Sequence record: OL964748.1
Strand: one strand, 5' to 3'
DNA length: 37,088 nt
From: Escherichia phage T7
Position numbers and translations under genes: made by a program. The notes beneath the pieces are model-generated. The model was not told where the DNA came from. It saw nothing but the letters and a program-made list of their open reading frames with translations, and made no database searches. Positions 7,975 to 19,209 of the stretch are shown here, in pieces (positions within the stretch are counted from its first letter, which is position 1; each line of letters begins with the position of its first letter).

Positions 7975-8394
7975 GTGGAACTGCGGGAGAAAATCCTTGA
8001 GCGAATCAAGGTGACTTCCTCTGGGTGTTGGGAGTGGCAGGGCGCTACGAACAATAAAGGGTACGGGCAGGTGTGGTGCAGCAATACCGGAAAGGTTGTC
8101 TACTGTCATCGCGTAATGTCTAATGCTCCGAAAGGTTCTACCGTCCTGCACTCCTGTGATAATCCATTATGTTGTAACCCTGAACACCTATCCATAGGAA
8201 CTCCAAAAGAGAACTCCACTGACATGGTAAATAAGGGTCGCTCACACAAGGGGTATAAACTTTCAGACGAAGACGTAATGGCAATCATGGAGTCCAGCGA
8301 GTCCAATGTATCCTTAGCTCGCACCTATGGTGTCTCCCAACAGACTATTTGTGATATACGCAAAGTGAGGCGACATGGCAGGTTACGGCGCTAA
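7975..8394 (+). CDS. 2.8: gene 2.8 protein, HNH-type endonuclease-like (GTG start)
   Basis: 139-aa ORF with HNH-like motif (CHRVMSNAP...HSCDNPLCCNPEHL); GTG start immediately after the 2.5 stop. Confidence 0.8.
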   Translation: MELREKILERIKVTSSGCWEWQGATNNKGYGQVWCSNTGKVVYCHRVMSNAPKGSTVLHSCDNPLCCNPEHLSIGTPKENSTDMVNKGRSHKGYKLSDEDVMAIMESSESNVSLARTYGVSQQTICDIRKVRRHGRLRR

Positions 8395-8824
8395 AGGAAT
8401 CCGAAAGGTTGGAGCGTTTCGCTCTGGCCTAGAGGACAAGGTTTCAAAGCAGTTGGAATCAAAAGGTATTAAATTCGAGTATGAAGAGTGGAAAGTGCCT
8501 TATGTAATTCCGGCGAGCAATCACACTTACACTCCAGACTTCTTACTTCCAAACGGTATATTCGTTGAGACAAAGGGTCTGTGGGAAAGCGATGATAGAA
8601 AGAAGCACTTATTAATTAGGGAGCAGCACCCCGAGCTAGACATCCGTATTGTCTTCTCAAGCTCACGTACTAAGTTATACAAAGATTCTCCAACGTCTTA
8701 TGGAGAGTTCTGCGAAAAGCATGGTATTAAGTTCGCTGATAAACTGATACCTGCTGAGTGGATAAAGGAACCCAAGAAGGAGGTCCCCTTTGATAGATTA
8801 AAAAGGAAAGGAGGAAAGAAATAA
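8375..8824 (+). CDS. 3: Endonuclease I (gene 3), Holliday junction resolvase
   Basis: 149-aa ORF MAGYGAKGIRKVGAFRSGLEDKVSKQLE... Confidence 0.95.
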   Translation: MAGYGAKGIRKVGAFRSGLEDKVSKQLESKGIKFEYEEWKVPYVIPASNHTYTPDFLLPNGIFVETKGLWESDDRKKHLLIREQHPELDIRIVFSSSRTKLYKDSPTSYGEFCEKHGIKFADKLIPAEWIKEPKKEVPFDRLKRKGGKK

Positions 8825-9279
8825 TGGCTCGTGTACAGTTTAAACAACGTGAATCTACTGACGCAATCTTTGTTCACTGCTCGGCTACCAAGCCAAGTCA
8901 GAATGTTGGTGTCCGTGAGATTCGCCAGTGGCACAAAGAGCAGGGTTGGCTCGATGTGGGATACCACTTTATCATCAAGCGAGACGGTACTGTGGAGGCA
9001 GGACGAGATGAGATGGCTGTAGGCTCTCACGCTAAGGGTTACAACCACAACTCTATCGGCGTCTGCCTTGTTGGTGGTATCGACGATAAAGGTAAGTTCG
9101 ACGCTAACTTTACGCCAGCCCAAATGCAATCCCTTCGCTCACTGCTTGTCACACTGCTGGCTAAGTACGAAGGCGCTGTGCTTCGCGCCCATCATGAGGT
9201 GGCGCCGAAGGCTTGCCCTTCGTTCGACCTTAAGCGTTGGTGGGAGAAGAACGAACTGGTCACTTCTGACCGTGGATAA
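8824..9279 (+). CDS. 3.5: T7 lysozyme (gene 3.5), N-acetylmuramoyl-L-alanine amidase and RNA polymerase inhibitor
   Basis: 151-aa ORF MARVQFKQRESTDAIFVHCSATKPSQNVGVREIRQWH... Confidence 0.95.
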   Translation: MARVQFKQRESTDAIFVHCSATKPSQNVGVREIRQWHKEQGWLDVGYHFIIKRDGTVEAGRDEMAVGSHAKGYNHNSIGVCLVGGIDDKGKFDANFTPAQMQSLRSLLVTLLAKYEGAVLRAHHEVAPKACPSFDLKRWWEKNELVTSDRG

Positions 9280-9280
9280 T

Positions 9281-9303
9281 TAATTGAACTCACTAAAGGG
9301 AGA
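9281..9303 (+). promoter_or_regulatory. T7 promoter phi3.8
   Basis: aattaattgaactcactaaagggaga. Confidence 0.8.
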
Positions 9304-9321
9304 TGTGGAGAGGCACTGTAA

Positions 9322-11106
<1,785 letters not shown>

Positions 11107-11164
11107 CAGGACTCTTGATGACTTTCCAGACGACTACGAGAAGTTTCGCTGGAGAGTCCCATTC

Positions 11165-11187
11165 TAATACGACTCACTAAAGGCCAC
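11165..11187 (+). promoter_or_regulatory. T7 promoter phi4.3
   Basis: taatacgactcactaaaggcc. Confidence 0.8.
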
Positions 11188-11305
11188 ACAGTCACGCGCT
11201 CTGGCGATTCGCTCCAACGAACTGGCTGACAGTGCATCCACTAAAGTTACCGAGGCTGCCCGTGTGGCAAACCAAGCTCAACAGCTTTCCAAATTCTTTG
11301 AGTAA
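11183..11305 (+). pseudogene. 4.3: 3' remnant of gene 4.3; ribosome-binding site, start codon and 5' coding region missing (100-bp deletion)
   Basis: Gene 4 stop to gene 4.5 start is 100 bp shorter than expected; remaining sequence runs from the promoter straight into ...KFFE-stop (TAA 11303..11305). Confidence 0.6.
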
Positions 11306-11324
11306 TCAAACAGGAGAAACCATT

Positions 11325-11594
11325 ATGTCTAACGTAGCTGAAACTATCCGTCTATCCGATACAGCTGACCAGTGGAACCGTCGAGTCCACATCAACGTTC
11401 GCAACGGTAAGGCGACTATGGTTTACCGCTGGAAGGACTCTAAGTCCTCTAAGAATCACACTCAGCGTATGACGTTGACAGATGAGCAAGCACTGCGTCT
11501 GGTCAATGCGCTTACCAAAGCTGCCGTGACAGCAATTCATGAAGCTGGTCGCGTCAATGAAGCTATGGCTATCCTCGACAAGATTGATAACTAA
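11325..11594 (+). CDS. 4.5: gene 4.5 protein (89 aa)
   Basis: MSNVAETIRLSDTADQWNRRVHINVRNGKATMVYRWKD...; the track ORF 11232..11594 is an upstream extension. Confidence 0.85.
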   Translation: MSNVAETIRLSDTADQWNRRVHINVRNGKATMVYRWKDSKSSKNHTQRMTLTDEQALRLVNALTKAAVTAIHEAGRVNEAMAILDKIDN

Positions 11595-11638
11595 GAGTGG
11601 TATCCTCAAGGTCGCCAAAGTGGTGGCCTTCATGAATA

Positions 11639-11661
11639 CTATTCAACTCACTATAGGAGAT
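11639..11661 (+). promoter_or_regulatory. T7 promoter phi4.7
   Basis: ctattcaactcactataggagat. Confidence 0.8.
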
Positions 11662-11667
11662 ATTACC

Positions 11668-11919
11668 ATGCGTGACCCTAAAGTTATCCAAGCAGAAATC
11701 GCTAAACTGGAAGCTGAACTGGAGGACGTTAAGTACCATGAAGCTAAGACTCGCTCCGCTGTTCACATCTTGAAGAACTTAGGCTGGACTTGGACAAGAC
11801 AGACTGGCTGGAAGAAACCAGAAGTTACCAAGCTGAGTCATAAGGTGTTCGATAAGGACACTATGACCCACATCAAGGCTGGTGATTGGGTTAAGGTTGA
11901 CATGGGAGTTGTAACATGA
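11668..11919 (+). CDS. 4.7: Truncated gene 4.7 (83 codons; internal 100-bp deletion causes frameshift and premature stop)
   Basis: ORF MRDPKVIQAEIAKLEAELEDVKYHEAKTRS...VKVDMGVVT-stop; expected ~135 aa; phi4.7 to gene 5 start is 100 bp shorter than expected. Confidence 0.7.
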   Translation: MRDPKVIQAEIAKLEAELEDVKYHEAKTRSAVHILKNLGWTWTRQTGWKKPEVTKLSHKVFDKDTMTHIKAGDWVKVDMGVVT

Positions 11920-11993
11920 TTCACACAGGTTTCTTGACAGTTGTTTCATATGAAGAGATTGTTAAGTCACGATAATCAATAGGAGAAATCAAT

Positions 11994-14108
11994 ATGATCG
12001 TTTCTGACATCGAAGCTAACGCCCTCTTAGAGAGCGTCACTAAGTTCCACTGCGGGGTTATCTACGACTACTCCACCGCTGAGTACGTAAGCTACCGTCC
12101 GAGTGACTTCGGTGCGTATCTGGATGCGCTGGAAGCCGAGGTTGCACGAGGCGGTCTTATTGTGTTCCACAACGGTCACAAGTATGACGTTCCTGCATTG
12201 ACCAAACTGGCAAAGTTGCAATTGAACCGAGAGTTCCACCTTCCTCGTGAGAACTGTATTGACACCCTTGTGTTGTCACGTTTGATTCATTCCAACCTCA
12301 AGGACACCGATATGGGTCTTCTGCGTTCCGGCAAGTTGCCCGGAAAACGCTTTGGGTCTCACGCTTTGGAGGCGTGGGGTTATCGCTTAGGCGAGATGAA
12401 GGGTGAATACAAAGACGACTTTAAGCGTATGCTTGAAGAGCAGGGTGAAGAATACGTTGACGGAATGGAGTGGTGGAACTTCAACGAAGAGATGATGGAC
12501 TATAACGTTCAGGACGTTGTGGTAACTAAAGCTCTCCTTGAGAAGCTACTCTCTGACAAACATTACTTCCCTCCTGAGATTGACTTTACGGACGTAGGAT
12601 ACACTACGTTCTGGTCAGAATCCCTTGAGGCCGTTGACATTGAACATCGTGCTGCATGGCTGCTCGCTAAACAAGAGCGCAACGGGTTCCCGTTTGACAC
12701 AAAAGCAATCGAAGAGTTGTACGTAGAGTTAGCTGCTCGCCGCTCTGAGTTGCTCCGTAAATTGACCGAAACGTTCGGCTCGTGGTATCAGCCTAAAGGT
12801 GGCACTGAGATGTTCTGCCATCCGCGAACAGGTAAGCCACTACCTAAATACCCTCGCATTAAGACACCTAAAGTTGGTGGTATCTTTAAGAAGCCTAAGA
12901 ACAAGGCACAGCGAGAAGGCCGTGAGCCTTGCGAACTTGATACCCGCGAGTACGTTGCTGGTGCTCCTTACACCCCAGTTGAACATGTTGTGTTTAACCC
13001 TTCGTCTCGTGACCACATTCAGAAGAAACTCCAAGAGGCTGGGTGGGTCCCGACCAAGTACACCGATAAGGGTGCTCCTGTGGTGGACGATGAGGTACTC
13101 GAAGGAGTACGTGTAGATGACCCTGAGAAGCAAGCCGCTATCGACCTCATTAAAGAGTACTTGATGATTCAGAAGCGAATCGGACAGTCTGCTGAGGGAG
13201 ACAAAGCATGGCTTCGTTATGTTGCTGAGGATGGTAAGATTCATGGTTCTGTTAACCCTAATGGAGCAGTTACGGGTCGTGCGACCCATGCGTTCCCAAA
13301 CCTTGCGCAAATTCCGGGTGTACGTTCTCCTTATGGAGAGCAGTGTCGCGCTGCTTTTGGCGCTGAGCACCATTTGGATGGGATAACTGGTAAGCCTTGG
13401 GTTCAGGCTGGCATCGACGCATCCGGTCTTGAGCTACGCTGCTTGGCTCACTTCATGGCTCGCTTTGATAACGGCGAGTACGCTCACGAGATTCTTAACG
13501 GCGACATCCACACTAAGAACCAGATAGCTGCTGAACTACCTACCCGAGATAACGCTAAGACGTTCATCTATGGGTTCCTCTATGGTGCTGGTGATGAGAA
13601 GATTGGACAGATTGTTGGTGCTGGTAAAGAGCGCGGTAAGGAACTCAAGAAGAAATTCCTTGAGAACACCCCCGCGATTGCAGCACTCCGCGAGTCTATC
13701 CAACAGACACTTGTCGAGTCCTCTCAATGGGTAGCTGGTGAGCAACAAGTCAAGTGGAAACGCCGCTGGATTAAAGGTCTGGATGGTCGTAAGGTACACG
13801 TTCGTAGTCCTCACGCTGCCTTGAATACCCTACTGCAATCTGCTGGTGCTCTCATCTGCAAACTGTGGATTATCAAGACCGAAGAGATGCTCGTAGAGAA
13901 AGGCTTGAAGCATGGCTGGGATGGGGACTTTGCGTACATGGCATGGGTACATGATGAAATCCAAGTAGGCTGCCGTACCGAAGAGATTGCTCAGGTGGTC
14001 ATTGAGACCGCACAAGAAGCGATGCGCTGGGTTGGAGACCACTGGAACTTCCGGTGTCTTCTGGATACCGAAGGTAAGATGGGTCCTAATTGGGCGATTT
14101 GCCACTGA
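11994..14108 (+). CDS. 5: DNA polymerase (gene 5), family A polymerase with 3'-5' exonuclease
   Basis: 704-aa [42 protein letters not shown]... Confidence 0.98.
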   Translation: MIVSDIEANALLESVTKFHCGVIYDYSTAEYVSYRPSDFGAYLDALEAEVARGGLIVFHNGHKYDVPALTKLAKLQLNREFHLPRENCIDTLVLSRLIHSNLKDTDMGLLRSGKLPGKRFGSHALEAWGYRLGEMKGEYKDDFKRMLEEQGEEYVDGMEWWNFNEEMMDYNVQDVVVTKALLEKLLSDKHYFPPEIDFTDVGYTTFWSESLEAVDIEHRAAWLLAKQERNGFPFDTKAIEELYVELAARRSELLRKLTETFGSWYQPKGGTEMFCHPRTGKPLPKYPRIKTPKVGGIFKKPKNKAQREGREPCELDTREYVAGAPYTPVEHVVFNPSSRDHIQKKLQEAGWVPTKYTDKGAPVVDDEVLEGVRVDDPEKQAAIDLIKEYLMIQKRIGQSAEGDKAWLRYVAEDGKIHGSVNPNGAVTGRATHAFPNLAQIPGVRSPYGEQCRAAFGAEHHLDGITGKPWVQAGIDASGLELRCLAHFMARFDNGEYAHEILNGDIHTKNQIAAELPTRDNAKTFIYGFLYGAGDEKIGQIVGAGKERGKELKKKFLENTPAIAALRESIQQTLVESSQWVAGEQQVKWKRRWIKGLDGRKVHVRSPHAALNTLLQSAGALICKLWIIKTEEMLVEKGLKHGWDGDFAYMAWVHDEIQVGCRTEEIAQVVIETAQEAMRWVGDHWNFRCLLDTEGKMGPNWAICH

Positions 14109-14123
14109 TACAGGAGGCTACTC

Positions 14124-14480
14124 ATGAACGAAAGACACTTAACAGGTGCTGCTTCTGAAATGCTAGTAGCCTACAAATTTACCAAAGCTGGGTACACTGT
14201 CTATTACCCTATGCTGACTCAGAGTAAAGAGGACTTGGTTGTATGTAAGGATGGTAAATTTAGTAAGGTTCAGGTTAAAACAGCCACAACGGTTCAAACC
14301 AACACAGGAGATGCCAAGCAGGTTAGGCTAGGTGGATGCGGTAGGTCCGAATATAAGGATGGAGACTTTGACATTCTTGCGGTTGTGGTTGACGAAGATG
14401 TGCTTATTTTCACATGGGACGAAGTAAAAGGTAAGACATCCATGTGTGTCGGCAAGAGAAACAAAGGCATAAAACTATAG
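14124..14480 (+). CDS. 5.3: gene 5.3 protein
   Basis: 118-aa ORF at the canonical position after gene 5. Confidence 0.85.
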   Translation: MNERHLTGAASEMLVAYKFTKAGYTVYYPMLTQSKEDLVVCKDGKFSKVQVKTATTVQTNTGDAKQVRLGGCGRSEYKDGDFDILAVVVDEDVLIFTWDEVKGKTSMCVGKRNKGIKL

Positions 14481-14491
14481 GAGAAATTATT

Positions 14492-14791
14492 ATGGCTATG
14501 ACAAAGAAATTTAAAGTGTCCTTCGACGTTACCGCAAAGATGTCGTCTGACGTTCAGGCAATCTTAGAGAAAGATATGCTGCATCTATGTAAGCAGGTCG
14601 GCTCAGGTGCGATTGTCCCCAATGGTAAACAGAAGGAAATGATTGTCCAGTTCCTGACACACGGTATGGAAGGATTGATGACATTCGTAGTACGTACATC
14701 ATTTCGTGAGGCCATTAAGGACATGCACGAAGAGTATGCAGATAAGGACTCTTTCAAACAATCTCCTGCAACAGTACGGGAGGTGTTCTGA
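14492..14791 (+). CDS. 5.5: gene 5.5 protein (H-NS-binding protein)
   Basis: 99 aa from MAMTKKFKVSFDVTAKMSSDVQAILEKD...; the track ORF starts upstream at 14444. Confidence 0.85.
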   Translation: MAMTKKFKVSFDVTAKMSSDVQAILEKDMLHLCKQVGSGAIVPNGKQKEMIVQFLTHGMEGLMTFVVRTSFREAIKDMHEEYADKDSFKQSPATVREVF

Positions 14792-15000
14792 TGTCTGACT
14801 ACCTGAAAGTGCTGCAAGCAATCAAAAGTTGCCCTAAGACTTTCCAGTCCAACTATGTACGGAACAATGCGAGCCTCGTAGCGGAGGCCGCTTCCCGTGG
14901 TCACATCTCGTGCCTGACTACTAGTGGACGTAACGGTGGCGCTTGGGAAATCACTGCTTCCGGTACTCGCTTTCTGAAACGAATGGGAGGATGTGTCTAA
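14791..15000 (+). CDS. 5.7: gene 5.7 protein
   Basis: 69-aa ORF MSDYLKVLQAIKSCPKTFQSNYVRNNASL... Confidence 0.85.
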   Translation: MSDYLKVLQAIKSCPKTFQSNYVRNNASLVAEAASRGHISCLTTSGRNGGAWEITASGTRFLKRMGGCV

Positions 15001-15158
15001 TGTCTCGTGACCTTGTGACTATTCCACGCGATGTGTGGAACGATATACAGGGCTACATCGACTCTCTGGAACGTGAGAACGATAGCCTTAAGAATCAACT
15101 AATGGAAGCTGACGAATACGTAGCGGAACTAGAGGAGAAACTTAATGGCACTTCTTGA
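15000..15158 (+). CDS. 5.9: gene 5.9 protein (RecBCD inhibitor)
   Basis: 52 aa MSRDLVTIPRDVWNDIQGYIDSLERENDSLKNQLMEADEYVAELEEKLNGTS; hand-translated. Confidence 0.8.
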   Translation: MSRDLVTIPRDVWNDIQGYIDSLERENDSLKNQLMEADEYVAELEEKLNGTS

Positions 15159-16047
15159 CCTTAAACAATTCTATGAGTTACGTGAAGGCTGCGACGACAA
15201 GGGTATCCTTGTGATGGACGGCGACTGGCTGGTCTTCCAAGCTATGAGTGCTGCTGAGTTTGATGCCTCTTGGGAGGAAGAGATTTGGCACCGATGCTGT
15301 GACCACGCTAAGGCCCGTCAGATTCTTGAGGATTCCATTAAGTCCTACGAGACCCGTAAGAAGGCTTGGGCAGGTGCTCCAATTGTCCTTGCGTTCACCG
15401 ATAGTGTTAACTGGCGTAAAGAACTGGTTGACCCGAACTATAAGGCTAATCGTAAGGCCGTGAAGAAACCTGTAGGGTACTTTGAGTTCCTTGATGCTCT
15501 CTTTGAGCGCGAAGAGTTCTATTGCATCCGTGAGCCTATGCTTGAGGGTGATGACGTTATGGGAGTTATTGCTTCCAATCCGTCTGCCTTCGGTGCTCGT
15601 AAGGCTGTAATCATCTCTTGCGATAAGGACTTTAAGACCATCCCTAACTGTGACTTCCTGTGGTGTACCACTGGTAACATCCTGACTCAGACCGAAGAGT
15701 CCGCTGACTGGTGGCACCTCTTCCAGACCATCAAGGGTGACATCACTGATGGTTACTCAGGGATTGCTGGATGGGGTGATACCGCCGAGGACTTCTTGAA
15801 TAACCCGTTCATAACCGAGCCTAAAACGTCTGTGCTTAAGTCCGGTAAGAACAAAGGCCAAGAGGTTACTAAATGGGTTAAACGCGACCCTGAGCCTCAT
15901 GAGACGCTTTGGGACTGCATTAAGTCCATTGGCGCGAAGGCTGGTATGACCGAAGAGGATATTATCAAGCAGGGCCAAATGGCTCGAATCCTACGGTTCA
16001 ACGAGTACAACTTTATTGACAAGGAGATTTACCTGTGGAGACCGTAG
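15145..16047 (+). CDS. 6: 5'-3' exonuclease (gene 6)
   Basis: 300-aa ORF MALLDLKQFYELREGCDDKGILVMDGDWLVFQAMS... Confidence 0.95.
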   Translation: MALLDLKQFYELREGCDDKGILVMDGDWLVFQAMSAAEFDASWEEEIWHRCCDHAKARQILEDSIKSYETRKKAWAGAPIVLAFTDSVNWRKELVDPNYKANRKAVKKPVGYFEFLDALFEREEFYCIREPMLEGDDVMGVIASNPSAFGARKAVIISCDKDFKTIPNCDFLWCTTGNILTQTEESADWWHLFQTIKGDITDGYSGIAGWGDTAEDFLNNPFITEPKTSVLKSGKNKGQEVTKWVKRDPEPHETLWDCIKSIGAKAGMTEEDIIKQGQMARILRFNEYNFIDKEIYLWRP

Positions 16048-16148
16048 CGTATATTGGTCTGGGTCTTTGTGTTCTCGGAGTGTGCCTCATTTCGTGGGGC
16101 CTTTGGGACTTAGCCAGAATAATCAAGTCGTTACACGACACTAAGTGA
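16035..16148 (+). CDS. 6.3: gene 6.3 protein (37 aa, GTG start)
   Basis: Short ORF overlapping the gene 6 end, hydrophobic (ETVAYIGLGLCVLGVCLISWGLWDLARIIK...); hand-translated. Confidence 0.6.
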   Translation: METVAYIGLGLCVLGVCLISWGLWDLARIIKSLHDTK

Positions 16149-16168
16149 TAAACTCAAGGTCCCTAAAT

Positions 16169-16191
16169 TAATACGACTCACTATAGGGAGA
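16169..16191 (+). promoter_or_regulatory. T7 promoter phi6.5
   Basis: taatacgactcactatagggaga, exact consensus. Confidence 0.9.
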
Positions 16192-16245
16192 TAGGGGCCT
16201 TTACGATTATTACTTTAAGATTTAACTCTAAGAGGAATCTTTATT

Positions 16246-16500
16246 ATGTTAACACCTATTAACCAATTACTTAAGAACCCTAACGATATTCCAGATGTAC
16301 CTCGTGCAACCGCTGAGTATCTACAGGTTCGATTCAACTATGCGTACCTCGAAGCGTCTGGTCATATAGGACTTATGCGTGCTAATGGTTGTAGTGAGGC
16401 CCACATCTTGGGTTTCATTCAGGGCCTACAGTATGCCTCTAACGTCATTGACGAGATTGAGTTACGCAAGGAACAACTAAGAGATGATGGGGAGGATTGA
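16246..16500 (+). CDS. 6.5: gene 6.5 protein
   Basis: 84-aa [30 protein letters not shown]... Confidence 0.85.
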
Positions 16501-16504
16501 CACT

Positions 16505-16771
16505 ATGTGTTTCTCACCGAAAATTAAAACTCCGAAGATGGATACCAATCAGATTCGAGCCGTTGAGCCAGCGCCTCTGACCCAAGAAGTGTCAAGCGTG
16601 GAGTTCGGTGGGTCTTCTGATGAGACGGATACCGAGGGCACCGAAGTGTCTGGACGCAAAGGCCTCAAGGTCGAACGTGATGATTCCGTAGCGAAGTCTA
16701 AAGCCAGCGGCAATGGCTCCGCTCGTATGAAATCTTCCATCCGTAAGTCCGCATTTGGAGGTAAGAAGTGA
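16505..16771 (+). CDS. 6.7: gene 6.7 protein (virion protein)
   Basis: 88 aa from MCFSPKIKTPKMDTNQIRAVEPAPLTQEV...; the track ORF starts upstream at 16484. Confidence 0.8.
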   Translation: MCFSPKIKTPKMDTNQIRAVEPAPLTQEVSSVEFGGSSDETDTEGTEVSGRKGLKVERDDSVAKSKASGNGSARMKSSIRKSAFGGKK

Positions 16772-17172
16772 TGTCTGAGTTCACATGTGTGGAGGCTAAG
16801 AGTCGCTTCCGTGCAATCCGGTGGACTGTGGAACACCTTGGGTTGCCTAAAGGATTCGAAGGACACTTTGTGGGCTACAGCCTCTACGTAGACGAAGTGA
16901 TGGACATGTCTGGTTGCCGTGAAGAGTACATTCTGGACTCTACCGGAAAACATGTAGCGTACTTCGCGTGGTGCGTAAGCTGTGACATTCACCACAAAGG
17001 AGACATTCTGGATGTAACGTCCGTTGTCATTAATCATGAGGCAGACTCTAAGGGCTTACAGCGATTCCTAGCGAAACGCTTTAAGTACCTTGCGGAACTC
17101 CACGATTGCGATTGGGTGTCTCGTTGTAAGCATGAAGGCGAGACAATGCGTGTATACTTTAAGGAGGTATAA
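16771..17172 (+). CDS. 7: gene 7 protein (host range / virion protein)
   Basis: 133-aa ORF MSEFTCVEAKSRFRAIRWTVEHLGL...; start overlaps the 6.7 stop (gtgATG). Confidence 0.85.
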   Translation: MSEFTCVEAKSRFRAIRWTVEHLGLPKGFEGHFVGYSLYVDEVMDMSGCREEYILDSTGKHVAYFAWCVSCDIHHKGDILDVTSVVINHEADSKGLQRFLAKRFKYLAELHDCDWVSRCKHEGETMRVYFKEV

Positions 17173-17175
17173 GTT

Positions 17176-17463
17176 ATGGGTAAGAAAGTTAAGAAGGCCG
17201 TGAAGAAAGTCACCAAGTCCGTTAAGGAAGGGGCTCGTCCGGTTAAACAGGTTGCTGGCGGTCTAGCTGGTCTGGCTGGTGGTACTGGTGAAGCACAGAT
17301 GGTGGAAGTACCACAAGCTGCCGCACAGATTGTTGACGTACCTGAGAAAGAGGTTTCCACTGAGGACGAAGCACAGACAGAAAGCGGACGCAAGAAAGCT
17401 CGTGCTGGCGGTAAGAAATCCTTGAGTGTAGCCCGTAGCTCCGGTGGCGGTATCAACATTTAA
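17176..17463 (+). CDS. 7.3: gene 7.3 protein (tail-associated), 95 aa (about 4 residues shorter than the reference as I recall it)
   Basis: MGKKVKKAVKKVTKSVKEGARPVKQVAGGLAGLAGG... Confidence 0.8.
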   Translation: MGKKVKKAVKKVTKSVKEGARPVKQVAGGLAGLAGGTGEAQMVEVPQAAAQIVDVPEKEVSTEDEAQTESGRKKARAGGKKSLSVARSSGGGINI

Positions 17464-17499
17464 TCAGGAGGTTATCCGTAAGACATGGAGACACATTTA

Positions 17500-19110
17500 A
17501 TGGCTGAGAAACGAACAGGACTTGCGGAGGATGGCGCAAAGTCTGTCTATGAGCGTTTAAAGAACGACCGTGCTCCCTATGAGACACGCGCTCAGAATTG
17601 CGCTCAATATACCATCCCATCATTGTTCCCTAAGGACTCCGATAACGCCTCTACAGATTATCAAACTCCGTGGCAAGCCGTGGGCGCTCGTGGTCTGAAC
17701 AATCTAGCCTCTAAGCTCATGCTGGCTCTATTCCCTATGCAGACTTGGATGCGACTTACTATATCTGAATATGAAGCAAAGCAGTTACTGAGCGACCCCG
17801 ATGGACTCGCTAAGGTCGATGAGGGCCTCTCGATGGTAGAGCGTATCATCATGAACTACATTGAGTCTAACAGTTACCGCGTGACTCTCTTTGAGGCTCT
17901 CAAACAGTTAGTCGTAGCTGGTAACGTCCTGCTGTACCTACCGGAACCGGAAGGGTCAAACTATAATCCCATGAAGCTGTACCGATTGTCTTCTTATGTG
18001 GTCCAACGAGACGCATTCGGCAACGTTCTGCAAATGGTGACTCGTGACCAGATAGCTTTTGGTGCTCTCCCTGAGGACATCCGTAAGGCTGTAGAAGGTC
18101 AAGGTGGTGAGAAGAAAGCTGATGAGACAATCGACGTGTACACTCACATCTATCTGGATGAGGACTCAGGTGAATACCTCCGATACGAAGAGGTCGAGGG
18201 TATGGAAGTCCAAGGCTCCGATGGGACTTATCCTAAAGAGGCTTGCCCATACATCCCGATTCGGATGGTCAGACTAGATGGTGAATCCTACGGTCGTTCG
18301 TACATTGAGGAATACTTAGGTGACTTACGGTCCCTTGAAAATCTCCAAGAGGCTATCGTCAAGATGTCCATGATTAGCTCTAAGGTTATCGGCTTAGTGA
18401 ATCCTGCTGGTATCACCCAGCCACGCCGACTGACCAAAGCTCAGACTGGTGACTTCGTTACTGGTCGTCCAGAAGACATCTCGTTCCTCCAACTGGAGAA
18501 GCAAGCAGACTTTACTGTAGCTAAAGCCGTAAGTGACGCTATCGAGGCTCGCCTTTCGTTTGCCTTTATGTTGAACTCTGCGGTTCAGCGTACAGGTGAA
18601 CGTGTGACCGCCGAAGAGATTCGGTATGTAGCTTCTGAACTTGAAGATACTTTAGGTGGTGTCTACTCTATCCTTTCTCAAGAATTACAATTGCCTCTGG
18701 TACGAGTGCTCTTGAAGCAACTACAAGCCACGCAACAGATTCCTGAGTTACCTAAGGAAGCCGTAGAGCCAACCATTAGTACAGGTCTGGAAGCAATTGG
18801 TCGAGGACAAGACCTTGATAAGCTGGAGCGGTGTGTCACTGCGTGGGCTGCACTGGCACCTATGCGGGACGACCCTGATATTAACCTTGCGATGATTAAG
18901 TTACGTATTGCCAACGCTATCGGTATTGACACTTCTGGTATTCTACTCACCGAAGAACAGAAGCAACAGAAGATGGCCCAACAGTCTATGCAAATGGGTA
19001 TGGATAATGGTGCTGCTGCGCTGGCTCAAGGTATGGCTGCACAAGCTACAGCTTCACCTGAGGCTATGGCTGCTGCCGCTGATTCCGTAGGTTTACAGCC
19101 GGGAATTTAA
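17500..19110 (+). CDS. 8: Head-tail connector / portal protein (gene 8)
   Basis: 536 aa from MAEKRTGLAEDGAKSVYERLKNDRAPYETRAQN...; the track ORF 17485..19110 is an upstream extension. Confidence 0.95.
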   Translation: MAEKRTGLAEDGAKSVYERLKNDRAPYETRAQNCAQYTIPSLFPKDSDNASTDYQTPWQAVGARGLNNLASKLMLALFPMQTWMRLTISEYEAKQLLSDPDGLAKVDEGLSMVERIIMNYIESNSYRVTLFEALKQLVVAGNVLLYLPEPEGSNYNPMKLYRLSSYVVQRDAFGNVLQMVTRDQIAFGALPEDIRKAVEGQGGEKKADETIDVYTHIYLDEDSGEYLRYEEVEGMEVQGSDGTYPKEACPYIPIRMVRLDGESYGRSYIEEYLGDLRSLENLQEAIVKMSMISSKVIGLVNPAGITQPRRLTKAQTGDFVTGRPEDISFLQLEKQADFTVAKAVSDAIEARLSFAFMLNSAVQRTGERVTAEEIRYVASELEDTLGGVYSILSQELQLPLVRVLLKQLQATQQIPELPKEAVEPTISTGLEAIGRGQDLDKLERCVTAWAALAPMRDDPDINLAMIKLRIANAIGIDTSGILLTEEQKQQKMAQQSMQMGMDNGAAALAQGMAAQATASPEAMAAAADSVGLQPGI

Positions 19111-19130
19111 TACGACTCACTATAGGGAGA
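19108..19130 (+). promoter_or_regulatory. T7 promoter phi9
   Basis: taatacgactcactatagggaga. Confidence 0.9.
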
Positions 19131-19209
19131 CCTCATCTTTGAAATGAGCGATGACAAGAGGTTGGAGTCCTCGGTCTTCCTGTAGTTCAACTTTAAGGAG
19201 ACAATAATA

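Noticed and set aside
11539-11919. 126-aa track ORF as the gene 4.7 product
   Set aside because: It reads through the phi4.7 promoter; the RBS-proximal ATG at 11668 directly downstream of the promoter is the real start
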